The notes under the pieces are model-generated. The model was not told the origin of the DNA. It saw only the letters and a list, made by a program, of their open reading frames with translations, and made no database searches. Of a DNA stretch of 64,000 nt, positions 33,256-41,063 are shown piece after piece. Origin of the DNA: an uncultured Chloroflexia bacterium. GTDB lineage: Bacteria; Chloroflexota; Limnocylindria; Limnocylindrales; CSP1-4. The stretch lies in assembly GCA_963768655.1 (NCBI GenBank), contig CAVYIM010000007.1:160001-224000 (forward strand), read 5' to 3'. The position numbers and the translations under genes were made by a program. The number at the start of each line of letters is the position of its first letter. Within the stretch, counting starts at the first letter, position 1.

Positions 33256-33618
33256 ATGCAACTGAACCACCTGTACCTGCTGGTTCGAGACCTCGAACGT
33301 TCGCGCGCCTTCTACGAACGCTACTTCGGCTTCGACGGGCCGTCCGAATGGCAGGCTGAAACCTTCGTCGTGCGCAACGCCGAAGGCTTCGCGCTGGCGC
33401 TCACCCCCGACCCCAACCCGCCCGAATGGCCGTCGAGCCTGCACTTCGGCTTCCTGCTCAACGACGTCGAATTCGTGCGCGCTCTCCAGGCCCGAATGGA
33501 GGCCGATGGCGTCCCGCTAGTCGAATCCATCTCGGAACCCGGCTTCGCAGTCTTCAAGTGCCTGGACCCGGACGGCTATGTCATCGAGCTCGAAGCGGGC
33601 CACCCGGGCGGCGCCTAA
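33256..33618 (+). CDS. VOC/glyoxalase family protein
   Basis: LNHLYLLVRDLERSRAFYE, HFGF, DPDGYVIEL. Confidence 0.92.
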   Translation: MQLNHLYLLVRDLERSRAFYERYFGFDGPSEWQAETFVVRNAEGFALALTPDPNPPEWPSSLHFGFLLNDVEFVRALQARMEADGVPLVESISEPGFAVFKCLDPDGYVIELEAGHPGGA

Positions 33619-33853
33619 CGACCCCCGGTTAGTCGCCGATACGCGCACAACGGTTGCCCAGTCGCCGGACCTGCCGCTCTCCCACAAGACGCTGTGGTCC
33701 CTTCCTTTCTGCGCAACGGGCCGAACTCCTCACGGCCGTGTCACCCTCTGCCTGAACGACCAGCGGCGTGATCGAGCAGCAACCTGACCCACGTCCGGTC
33801 GCTGGTGCGGACGAGGAAGGTTAGGTGGGGTTAGGTAACCGTCCGCGCGAGGC

Positions 33854-34597
33854 CTAACTCTGGCGCGTGTAGTAGTCCGCGACCGCCCAGAACGACGCCT
33901 TCGGCTCCCAAGGCACGTCCGGATATGTCGTCCCGTGCCTGCCTCTGCCCAAGGTCTTGACCAGGGTTGAGGCGGCCATGTCGAGATCGTATCGAGGGTC
34001 CTCGTCGTAGGGGTGGATCGCGGACAAGAATGTGCTGACGAAGGCGCCGTCGACCCCGGCCGCATCCAGGATCGCGAGGGTCTCGGCAAGTTCCCGGGCT
34101 TGGAGTTCCTCATCGCGCACGTAGACGCCGTTGAGTCGCGGTCGCACCAGCCGTCCGACGAGCGGTAGGGAGTGAAGGCCCAGCGTGAAGTCGACCATGG
34201 TGCCGAGGTTCCGCATCCGGGCGACGAGGCTCTTGCCAGGCACGATGCCCTGCATGAAGAGCGTCAGTTCCGAGCCGACGACGAACACCAGCCGATCCGG
34301 CCGGCGGAGGCGCAGCTTCTCGGCCGCCTCCGCCGCCGCGACGATGTAGGCGAAAGTCTGGCCGGGGCTCTTGTCCCAGAGCACGGGGGAGAACCAGACT
34401 TCGAGGCCCTGGGCCAGGGCGTCCTCGGACGCCCGGACCACACGCTTCAGATCGCGCCCACCGATCCGCACGGCGTTGCAGTGGAGATCGCCGTGGATGA
34501 TCTCCAGCTCGCGGTGGACCACCGCCATGTCGAAGACCGGGCGCCAGTTGATGCCCATGACATGGCCGACGTCGTAACAGACGCCTCTTCGGTTCAT
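33854..34597 (-). CDS. Glycoside-hydrolase-like hypothetical protein, possibly internally deleted
   Basis: GVCYDVG, DLHCNAVRI, GSELTLF, DLDMAA, WEPK; shorter than the family members I recall. Confidence 0.55.
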   Translation of the reverse strand: MNRRGVCYDVGHVMGINWRPVFDMAVVHRELEIIHGDLHCNAVRIGGRDLKRVVRASEDALAQGLEVWFSPVLWDKSPGQTFAYIVAAAEAAEKLRLRRPDRLVFVVGSELTLFMQGIVPGKSLVARMRNLGTMVDFTLGLHSLPLVGRLVRPRLNGVYVRDEELQARELAETLAILDAAGVDGAFVSTFLSAIHPYDEDPRYDLDMAASTLVKTLGRGRHGTTYPDVPWEPKASFWAVADYYTRQS

Positions 34598-34677
34598 GGC
34601 GCTCGGCAACCTAGTTGACGTTGACTGCCGCCATCTTGGACTGACCGGCGATGGCAAATCAACCGCTTGAAGGACCT

Positions 34678-35394
34678 CTACCAGTCCATCGTTGATGGCG
34701 TCGTCATTGCGCGCGCGGTTGCGCGCCGCAGATATCCCCTTACACCCGGCCCTCGCCGTTGATCTCGCCGGAGCCCGCTCGGGTAGTTGCGGCGCGCAGG
34801 TCGACCGTTCGACGCCGGCGCGCCAGCGCCGAAGCTACCCGGCACGTAGCCGAGATACATGGCGCCCGACGCGAACTGCCGCGTCTCGGTGAGCCGGAGG
34901 CCGACCGGTGTCTCGAGCCCGGGAAAGAACGGCCGGCCCGCCCCGAGGATGACCGGGTGGACGACGACGCGGTATTCGTCGATCAGGCCGCGCCGGACGA
35001 ACTGGGCGGCCAGCGTCGGCCCGCCGACGCTCAACTCGCCGGGAAATTCGGCCCGCAGCCGGGCCAGCACGTCGCCCACGTCGCCGCTTACGAGCCGGCT
35101 GTTCCCCTCGACGCCGGCGAGGCTTGTCGAGAAGACGATCTTCGGCGTCGCGTTCCAGACCCGGGCGAAGTCCAGCATGTAGTCGGTCGCAGACGGGTCG
35201 GACTCCGCGGTCGGCCAGTATGCGTTCATGACCTCATACAGTCGCCGCCCGTAAAGGAACGCATCCGTCTCGCGGGATCGATCGGTGAACCAGCGGTGGG
35301 TCTCTTCGTCGACGATCGTCCAGTCGAGGGAGTGGTCGGGAGTCTCGACATAGCCGTCGAGCGAGACGTTCATCAAGTAGACCAGCTTGCCCAT
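34678..35394 (-). CDS. RibD C-terminal / dihydrofolate reductase family protein
   Basis: MNVSLDGY, LYGRRLY, GGPTLA, GLIDEY, PVILGAG; extended non-conserved C-tail. Confidence 0.88.
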   Translation of the reverse strand: MGKLVYLMNVSLDGYVETPDHSLDWTIVDEETHRWFTDRSRETDAFLYGRRLYEVMNAYWPTAESDPSATDYMLDFARVWNATPKIVFSTSLAGVEGNSRLVSGDVGDVLARLRAEFPGELSVGGPTLAAQFVRRGLIDEYRVVVHPVILGAGRPFFPGLETPVGLRLTETRQFASGAMYLGYVPGSFGAGAPASNGRPARRNYPSGLRRDQRRGPGVRGYLRRATARAMTTPSTMDW

Positions 35395-35552
35395 CGTCGC
35401 CTCCGATGCAGTGCGTGCCGTTCCCCTTATCTTGACGAACCCGGGCGGACGGCTCATCGCTCCGTGGCCGGCGTTGCGGGTGACGCGAGACGTGCCCGGA
35501 CGAGTCGCCGGAGCCGCGCCGACACCACCGACCCCGCGCGCATAAGCGACCG

Positions 35553-35822
35553 ATGCGCGCGTCGTTTCGGCAGCGAAGCATGGGATCGGCGATGAACGAG
35601 CCCGCTACGTGGTGGAGCGGTGCGCATGCCCGTTCTATCCGACAGATGCCGGAGAAGGGGAGCGGGACCTCGTGATCGTTCCTCGGCCCCGATCAACGCG
35701 GAGTGCCACTCGAGGTTGTCGCCGTCGAGACCGAGGGCGGCGATCTGCTGGTCACCCACGCGATGCGATTGAGGGCCAGCTATGGAGAGACGTGCGTGTG
35801 GGTGATGAGATGCCGAGAGTGA
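35553..35822 (+). pseudogene. Frameshifted small toxin-like gene (BrnT/RelE-like)
   Basis: SAAKHGIGDERARYVVE in one frame, shift at ~35678 to FLGPDQRGVPLEVVAVETEGGDLLVTHAMRLR*; no in-frame start; overlaps RHH gene. Confidence 0.55.
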
Positions 35823-36034
35823 AGTCCACGGGCACTTTTCCCAGGAGTGGCCGCCGGCTGTCTGGGGACGATCTCGACCCTTCCTTGAGCGCTGAGCCGG
35901 GTGCGCATTCCCCTCGCATCGAAGCCCGGGTCCCCGAAGCGCTTCATCGCCGCGTCTCGGCGCGCGCCGCCAGCGAAGCCAAAGGCGTGAGCGCCGCATT
36001 GCGGCAGTTGCTCGAGGAGTGCGCGGAGGGCTGA
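35810..36034 (+). CDS. Ribbon-helix-helix (CopG-like) antitoxin candidate
   Basis: PRIEARVPEALHRRVSARAASEAKGVSAALRQLLEE fits the RHH pattern. Confidence 0.6.
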   Translation: MPRVKSTGTFPRSGRRLSGDDLDPSLSAEPGAHSPRIEARVPEALHRRVSARAASEAKGVSAALRQLLEECAEG

Positions 36035-36088
36035 CAGGGACCCAACCGTTGGCGGAGTGGTCGCTGACCTGTCGAGCGGTCGTCTGAC

Positions 36089-36140
36089 GACCATTTCGTG
36101 ACTGGCCATGAATCTTGGTCATCGGTGACCATCTCGTGAC
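36089..36140. repeat. 14-bp direct repeat GACCATYTCGTGAC
   Basis: GACCATTTCGTGAC at 36089-36102 and GACCATCTCGTGAC at 36127-36140. Confidence 0.7.
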
Positions 36141-36343
36141 CAGCCTCTTGGTGGCCGCGCGGTACATCACCGTGGCGTGAGTAGTTCACACCGAACCTGA
36201 ATCGACGGGACTGATCGGGAAGTAGCCCGGTATCATCCTGACATGGACAGAGGGCGAGTAATGGGGGGACGGGGGCGGTCGAAGGCGGCCAAGGACGCTA
36301 AGTCGCTTGTGCCGGCCAAGCTTCTTGGGCATAAGGTCGGGAA

Positions 36344-37096
36344 ATGATCCGCAAGATCCACGGTTTCGTCGTGGCCGCCATCGCCGTTGCTGCGATCGCG
36401 AGCTTCTTGACCGTCTGGGTGCTTGCTTGGACTTACGGCGGGGACGCAACCGGTGGCTTTGAGCGCGCAGGCCACTTCTACATCTGGAATCGCCCCCACA
36501 CCGGCTACCAGGAGGTTTCGGAGACTATCTGGCAGCTGAGCTTGCTCGCGAACCGCACTTTGCCGATCCTGTGGCCTCTGATGCTCCTTGCCGGTGGCTC
36601 TTGGATCGTGGCGACCGAGAACAGGGTCCTCAATGGGACTGCCGCCCGAGAAATCGATAGTCGAGTCAGGTTCGTTAGGCGTTCGGGGCCATTGCTCTGT
36701 TCGCGGCGCCTCTCGGGCTCAAGCGGCCGAGTCTCAGTGTGGGGTCCGCTGTTCCTCGTCGAGGTCTATCCCGCCGGCGTGTTGGTCAAGCCCTGGTTGG
36801 TTCGGCGACACGCAGTTCTTGCGTCGGAGATCCAAGACGTGGTGGTCGGCAAGGAGCGAGGTCATGAATACCTCGACATCCACCACTCCGGTGCGGGCAT
36901 GCCCTCGCCAGTCAGGCTGTGGGAATCGCCTGGCGCTCCCCTAAGCGCGGCGATACGCACGATCGCCCAGGGACCGGCGGCTATGCAGCATCCAATACTG
37001 CCCACGCAGCAGCCCGCCTCCTGGCGACGACTTAGCTTCGCGATCAGGATCAGCCAAGAAGACGATCCGGCTTCTGCCAATCGAGACAAGCCGTAG
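36344..37096 (+). CDS. Hypothetical membrane protein
   Basis: 250-aa ORF, two hydrophobic helices, codon usage looks less GC3-biased than core genes. Confidence 0.65.
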   Translation: MIRKIHGFVVAAIAVAAIASFLTVWVLAWTYGGDATGGFERAGHFYIWNRPHTGYQEVSETIWQLSLLANRTLPILWPLMLLAGGSWIVATENRVLNGTAAREIDSRVRFVRRSGPLLCSRRLSGSSGRVSVWGPLFLVEVYPAGVLVKPWLVRRHAVLASEIQDVVVGKERGHEYLDIHHSGAGMPSPVRLWESPGAPLSAAIRTIAQGPAAMQHPILPTQQPASWRRLSFAIRISQEDDPASANRDKP

Positions 37097-37165
37097 GCCA
37101 TTCTTCCGCAACGGTTGATGCGCTAGTGACCCACCGATGGCGGCTCGACAGACCAGGTTCGCCCG

Positions 37166-37193
37166 AACGGACATAACCTCTCTTATCGGAAGT
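37166..37193 (-). other. dif: dif-like XerC/XerD recombination site
   Basis: Minus strand ACTTCCGATAA-GAGAGG-TTATGTCCGTT: 11-6-11 with ATAA/TTAT core; core genes converge on it. Confidence 0.72.
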
Positions 37194-37371
37194 GCCGAGG
37201 CTAGGCGACGCTCGGGAATTGGCCCATCGACGCGCAGTCGAACCAGAGATCGCCCGGGCACACACCGGCGGCAATGGCAGGTCGCCATCGGCGAAGGAAT
37301 GCGTCAGCGGGCTTGCGCGTGGCGGCCTTCATAGCTGACTGACTTGGAAACGGCTGGCCCGGGGAATCCAG

Positions 37372-37405
37372 GCGGCCCGCCGGCAAAGGGCGCTCGGCGG
37401 GCCGC
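37372..37405. terminator. Perfect 11-bp GC hairpin downstream of the short ncRNA
   Basis: GCGGCCCGCCG (37372-37382) / CGGCGGGCCGC (37395-37405); no U tract. Confidence 0.45.
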
Positions 37406-37434
37406 GAGTGGCGGAGTTGTGGCAGATATGGAAC

Positions 37435-37516
37435 GCCCGGAGGAACCGCGACCCCGCATCGTTCGGCCGATCCGAGAATCGGTCGAGTCGTTCGGTATTT
37501 CGTGGCCCCTCCGGGC
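37435..37516 (-). ncRNA. Candidate short structured RNA (~82 nt), paralog of the 38.6-38.9 kb RNA
   Basis: 5' GCCCGGAGGGGCCACGA pairs with 3' UCGCGGUUCCUCCGGGC; apical UCGACCGAUU-CUCG-GAUCGGCCGA hairpin; promoter directly upstream. Confidence 0.62.
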
Positions 37517-37669
37517 AGGATTGACTGTAGTCGTTGGGCCGCGGCGTGCCAACCGGCTTGTCCACTTTTCCCTGAAGATCGCCGAGGGATGCGGAGTACT
37601 GTCCACGGGCCGTGCACACCGACCGGCGCGACCGACCTGCGTGTCGAAGGCGAACAGAACACCCGTTCT
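37517..37669 (-). promoter_or_regulatory. Sigma70-type promoter, two DnaA-like boxes and a LexA-like box (copy 1)
   Basis: -10 TACAGT 37524-37529; -35 TTGGCA 37547-37552 (17-bp spacer); TTGTCCACT 37558-37566; CTGTCCACG 37599-37607; AGAACACCCGTTCT 37656-37669. Confidence 0.65.
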
Positions 37670-37677
37670 GGTGGCCG

Positions 37678-38463
37678 TCAGGACGGAAGGACGCGTCGCC
37701 GGCGGTGCAGCGTCTTGATGCGAAGCGTCAGCACCAGGCGGAAGGCTTCGAGGAAGATGGCCATGCTCATCTTGGACTGGCCGGCACGACGCTCTTCGAA
37801 CGTGATCGGCACCTCCAAGACGCGCGCGCCCGCGAGGCGAGCCTGGAAGGTTGTCTCGATCTCGAAGGCGTATCCGCCGGCGTGGAGCCGGTCGAGGTCG
37901 ATGGCGCGGAGCACGGAGGCGCGAAAGGCCTTGAAGCCGCCCGTGAGGTCGCGATATGGCATCAGGAGCACGACTGCGGCGAACACGCTGCCACCGAGGC
38001 TGATCAGGCGGCGAAAGATGTTCCAGCGAGGGATCTGCCCGCCCCGGACGTAACGCGACCCAAGGACCAGATCGGCGCGATCCGCCGCCAGCGGCTCTAG
38101 AAGCGCCGGCAGGAACCTGACCGGGTGGCTGAAGTCGGCGTCCATCTGCACGACCACGTCCGCGCCCCGGGCGAGCACGTCGCGGAAGGCGGCCACGTAG
38201 GCCCGTCCCAGCCCCTGCTTGGCCTGGCGGTGCAACACCGCGATCTGTGGGCATTTGCGAGACAGCTCGTCGGCGAGCTCGCCGGTGCCGTCCGGGGAGC
38301 CGTCGTCGACGATGAGCACGTTCGCCTGGGGCACCGTCGCGAGAATGGCATCGGCGATCGGCCCGACGTTCTCGCGTTCGTTGAACGTTGGAACGACAAC
38401 CCAGATGCGGGACGGCGCGGCGGAGATCTGGCTCGGAGTCGCGGACGGGGCGGTGGGCGGCAT
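37678..38463 (-). CDS. Polyprenol monophosphomannose synthase-like GT2
   Basis: VVPTFNERENV, VDDGSPDGT, QMDADFSH, GSRY, DLTGGFK. Confidence 0.92.
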   Translation of the reverse strand: MPPTAPSATPSQISAAPSRIWVVVPTFNERENVGPIADAILATVPQANVLIVDDGSPDGTGELADELSRKCPQIAVLHRQAKQGLGRAYVAAFRDVLARGADVVVQMDADFSHPVRFLPALLEPLAADRADLVLGSRYVRGGQIPRWNIFRRLISLGGSVFAAVVLLMPYRDLTGGFKAFRASVLRAIDLDRLHAGGYAFEIETTFQARLAGARVLEVPITFEERRAGQSKMSMAIFLEAFRLVLTLRIKTLHRRRRVLPS

Positions 38464-38603
38464 CGGCTTCCTGGCTGCGAAAAGGGGTCGCGGCCGAGGA
38501 TACCCTCTGTCTCCCCTACCCTGCTGGCCGCAGCGCGCCGTGCCGGGCCGGACTCGGGTCTCAACGTGGGCCCGCGGGCCGGTTGGGCTTGCTGCCGTCG
38601 GAT

Positions 38604-38887
38604 ACAAAGAAACGCCCGAAGGAACCACTTCGATCGGACTGCGGTTTCGCGCGTACCGGCCGCTTTGACCACCGCAAGCAAGAGGTCCGAGGACTCCTCG
38701 CTCGAACGGCGACCTGCGCTCCGGCCACTGCCGGAACTGCCACCAACCCCTCTACATTCCACCTTCCGCGGCTACGATCTGCGATCCGGGCCGAGAACCG
38801 TTGCGGGCTCCTGGTCTTTCACGTAGATCGGTCACCGTTTCCGTTGAAACCGCTGAGTCGGTGTCGATCTCGCTGGCCCCTTCGGGC
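38604..38887 (-). ncRNA. Candidate long multibranched RNA (~275-285 nt)
   Basis: 14-bp closing stem GCCCGAAGGGGCCA / UGGUUCCUUCGGGC with G-U pairs that work only on the minus strand; several internal helices; U-rich tail GUUUCUUUGU; -10 upstream. Confidence 0.68.
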
Positions 38888-39040
38888 AAGACAGACAATA
38901 GGTCCGGGCCCCCGCTGGGAGAAGTGGCTTATCCACCACTTTCGGTGCCTGGGAAGACAGTTTTGGCAGTTGTCCACTTCCTGCCAACAAGGGTAGGTCG
39001 GCGCGAACCCCTAGTGCGGACGAGTGAGAACGGTTGTTCT
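38888..39040 (-). promoter_or_regulatory. Promoter, two DnaA-like boxes and a LexA-like box (copy 2)
   Basis: -10 TATTGT 38895-38900; TTATCCACC 38929-38937; TTGTCCACT 38970-38978; AGAACGGTTGTTCT 39027-39040; same offsets as copy 1. Confidence 0.65.
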
Positions 39041-39100
39041 AGTACTCCCCCGCCCTGCCGGGTCCGTCCGCGGGCCTTTGACGCGCTTCCCAGTGGACCA

Positions 39101-40441
39101 TCAGGCGTCCTCGGACGCGGCGCCGGCGGGGGTTCCGTTGTCGGCTCGGAGCAATTCGCGGTAGCGCGCGGCGACTGCCTTCAGCTCGCCCGCCAGCGGC
39201 GGGCTGACACGTCCCCGGACGCGCACGTCGAAGGACCGATAGTCGAGATCCACGGTGCCACGCTCGCGGATGCGGGCGATCAGCTCCCCGGCGCGGTATG
39301 GGATCGCCACGTCCACGTCCACCCAGAGCGACGCCAGCAGGGCGGACAGCTCGGCCCTCAGCGTCTCGAGGCCGTATCCGGTCACGGCCGAGATGAGGAC
39401 CGTGCCCGCGATCGCCGGCGCAGGCGTGTCGCCGTCGCGAGCCGCCGCCTCGATCAGGTCGGCCTTGTTGAACGCCACGAGGCGCGGCTTGTCGCCAGCA
39501 CCGAGCTCCTCGAGCACGGTCTGGACGGTCGCGCGATGCTCGGCGAAGTGGCGGTCCGAGGCGTCGACGATCTCGAGCAGGACGTCGGCGCGTGTGACCT
39601 CCTCGAGCGTCGCCCGGAATGCGTCGACGAGCTGATGGGGCAGCTTGTGGATGAAGCCCACGGTGTCAGTGACGATCGCGGTCTGGCCTTCGCCCAGCTT
39701 GACCTGGCGGGACGTCGGATCGACGGTCGCGAACAGCCGGTCCTCGGCCTTGACGACCTCCTGGCCGACGAGCGCGTTCAGCAGCGTTGACTTGCCGGCG
39801 TTGGTGTAGCCGACGATGGCGACCGTCGGGATGAGCCTCCGGTCGCGCGCGCGGGTCGCCGTGCGGCGCTGCTCGGCCACCTGGTCGACGCGCTCCTTGA
39901 GCTTCTTGATCCGTTCACGCACCAGGCGCCGGTCGGTTTCGAGCTGCGATTCGCCGGGGCCCCTCGTGCCGATGCCGCCGCCGGTGCGCGAGAGGTGCGT
40001 CCACATCCGAGTCAGGCGCGGCAGCTGGTATTCGAGCTGCGCCAGCTCCACCTGGAGGCGGCCTTCGTGCGTCTGGGCGTGCAGGGCGAAGATGTCCAGG
40101 ATCAGCCGCGATCGGTCGATCACCTTGGTCCTGACGGCTTCCTCGAGGGCGCGCTGCTGGGCGGGTGACAGCTCGTCGTCGGTGATCAGGAGCGTGTAGC
40201 CGGTCTCTGATCGGGCGGCCACCAGCTCGTCGACCTTGCCCTTGCCGACGTAGAAGTTGGGGTCGACATGGCGGCGGTTCTGCCACTCGGCGCCGACAAC
40301 CTCGGCGCCGGCGGTGTCGGACAGGCTGGCCAGCTCCGCGATCGACTCCTCCGCCGTCCAGCCGGGATCGTCGCCGGTGTCGACCGCGACGAGAAAGGCG
40401 CGCTCCACCGGCGCGGTCAGATCGATCATGTTCCTGGTCAT
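39101..40441 (-). CDS. hflX: GTPase HflX
   Basis: [36 protein letters not shown]. Confidence 0.97.
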   Translation of the reverse strand: MTRNMIDLTAPVERAFLVAVDTGDDPGWTAEESIAELASLSDTAGAEVVGAEWQNRRHVDPNFYVGKGKVDELVAARSETGYTLLITDDELSPAQQRALEEAVRTKVIDRSRLILDIFALHAQTHEGRLQVELAQLEYQLPRLTRMWTHLSRTGGGIGTRGPGESQLETDRRLVRERIKKLKERVDQVAEQRRTATRARDRRLIPTVAIVGYTNAGKSTLLNALVGQEVVKAEDRLFATVDPTSRQVKLGEGQTAIVTDTVGFIHKLPHQLVDAFRATLEEVTRADVLLEIVDASDRHFAEHRATVQTVLEELGAGDKPRLVAFNKADLIEAAARDGDTPAPAIAGTVLISAVTGYGLETLRAELSALLASLWVDVDVAIPYRAGELIARIRERGTVDLDYRSFDVRVRGRVSPPLAGELKAVAARYRELLRADNGTPAGAASEDA

Positions 40442-40631
40442 CACGGGCAGGATAGCCGAACGGCCGGCTGGCACGGTGCGGCTGAACGGCGGCCGGCCGA
40501 TGGCGACCGGCCCCGACGGCGGCGACCGGTGCGCCCGCCCGGCGCGAGCCTATACTCCGTCAGCTGGCTGCGTCCCCAGCACCGAGGTCCGTCACACCCC
40601 TCGGCGATCGGCACAAGGAGGAGAACAGCAG

Positions 40632-40994
40632 ATGGCGGCCCGGACCGTGCGCGACTTCCAGGTTGGATTCGACATCGCGCCACTTGTGGATGCGTGGGCG
40701 CATGCGAATCACTATGGCTTCCGTGGCGTCTCGCCCGACGGGACCCGCACCTACCAACGCGGCAACGGATTCCTTACGGGCGCCATGCCCATGACGGTCC
40801 GTCAGGCCGGCCCGGCCGTTCACCTGGAAGCCTGGATCCACGCCACGCTGCTTGCGCGCATCTGCGCCGTCTTCCTCATCCCGAGCGACATGGGCATCGA
40901 GTCGGGCGGTGTGAGGGGCGTCCTGCCGCGGTCGATGGCGCGCGGATCGGTCAACAACCTGCTCGCGCAGCTCGGCCAGCCGCCGATCGCATAG
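40632..40994 (+). CDS. Hypothetical protein
   Basis: AGGAGG RBS, 120-aa ORF between miaA and hflX on the opposite strand. Confidence 0.7.
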   Translation: MAARTVRDFQVGFDIAPLVDAWAHANHYGFRGVSPDGTRTYQRGNGFLTGAMPMTVRQAGPAVHLEAWIHATLLARICAVFLIPSDMGIESGGVRGVLPRSMARGSVNNLLAQLGQPPIA

Positions 40995-41063
40995 TCGCGG
41001 GCCGCCGGCGGGCGACGGGCCTTGAGCGGCGAGGTCGGCGACCACACCCGGGTCGGGCGTGCG

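Noticed and set aside
33613-33858. Integron attC-like cores (GCCTAAC containing the VOC stop; GTTAGGT twice at ~33820-33836)
   Set aside because: Cores are over 200 bp apart, I see no L boxes, there is no intI, and nothing repeats after neighbouring genes; the first is explained by a short hairpin.
35533-35561. Second dif-like site (GCGCATAA-GCGACC-GATG)
   Set aside because: Right arm lacks TTATG at the correct spacing; better read as a simple inverted repeat.
36049-36290. tRNA-like fragments (TGGCGGAGTGGTCG; GGTCGAAGGCGG) as an att-site remnant
   Set aside because: No cloverleaf, T-loop or CCA end can be built.
38561-38746. 61-aa ORF inside the long RNA as an SOS-induced type I toxin
   Set aside because: No transmembrane helix, poor RBS spacing, it runs through the closing stem and U-rich tail, and the short paralog has no counterpart; not fully excluded.
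38604-38887. Long RNA as SRP RNA, RNase P RNA, tmRNA or Y RNA
   Set aside because: No SRP domain IV motif, no GAGGAAAGUCC, no tRNA-like acceptor ends, and no bulged Ro60-binding helix.
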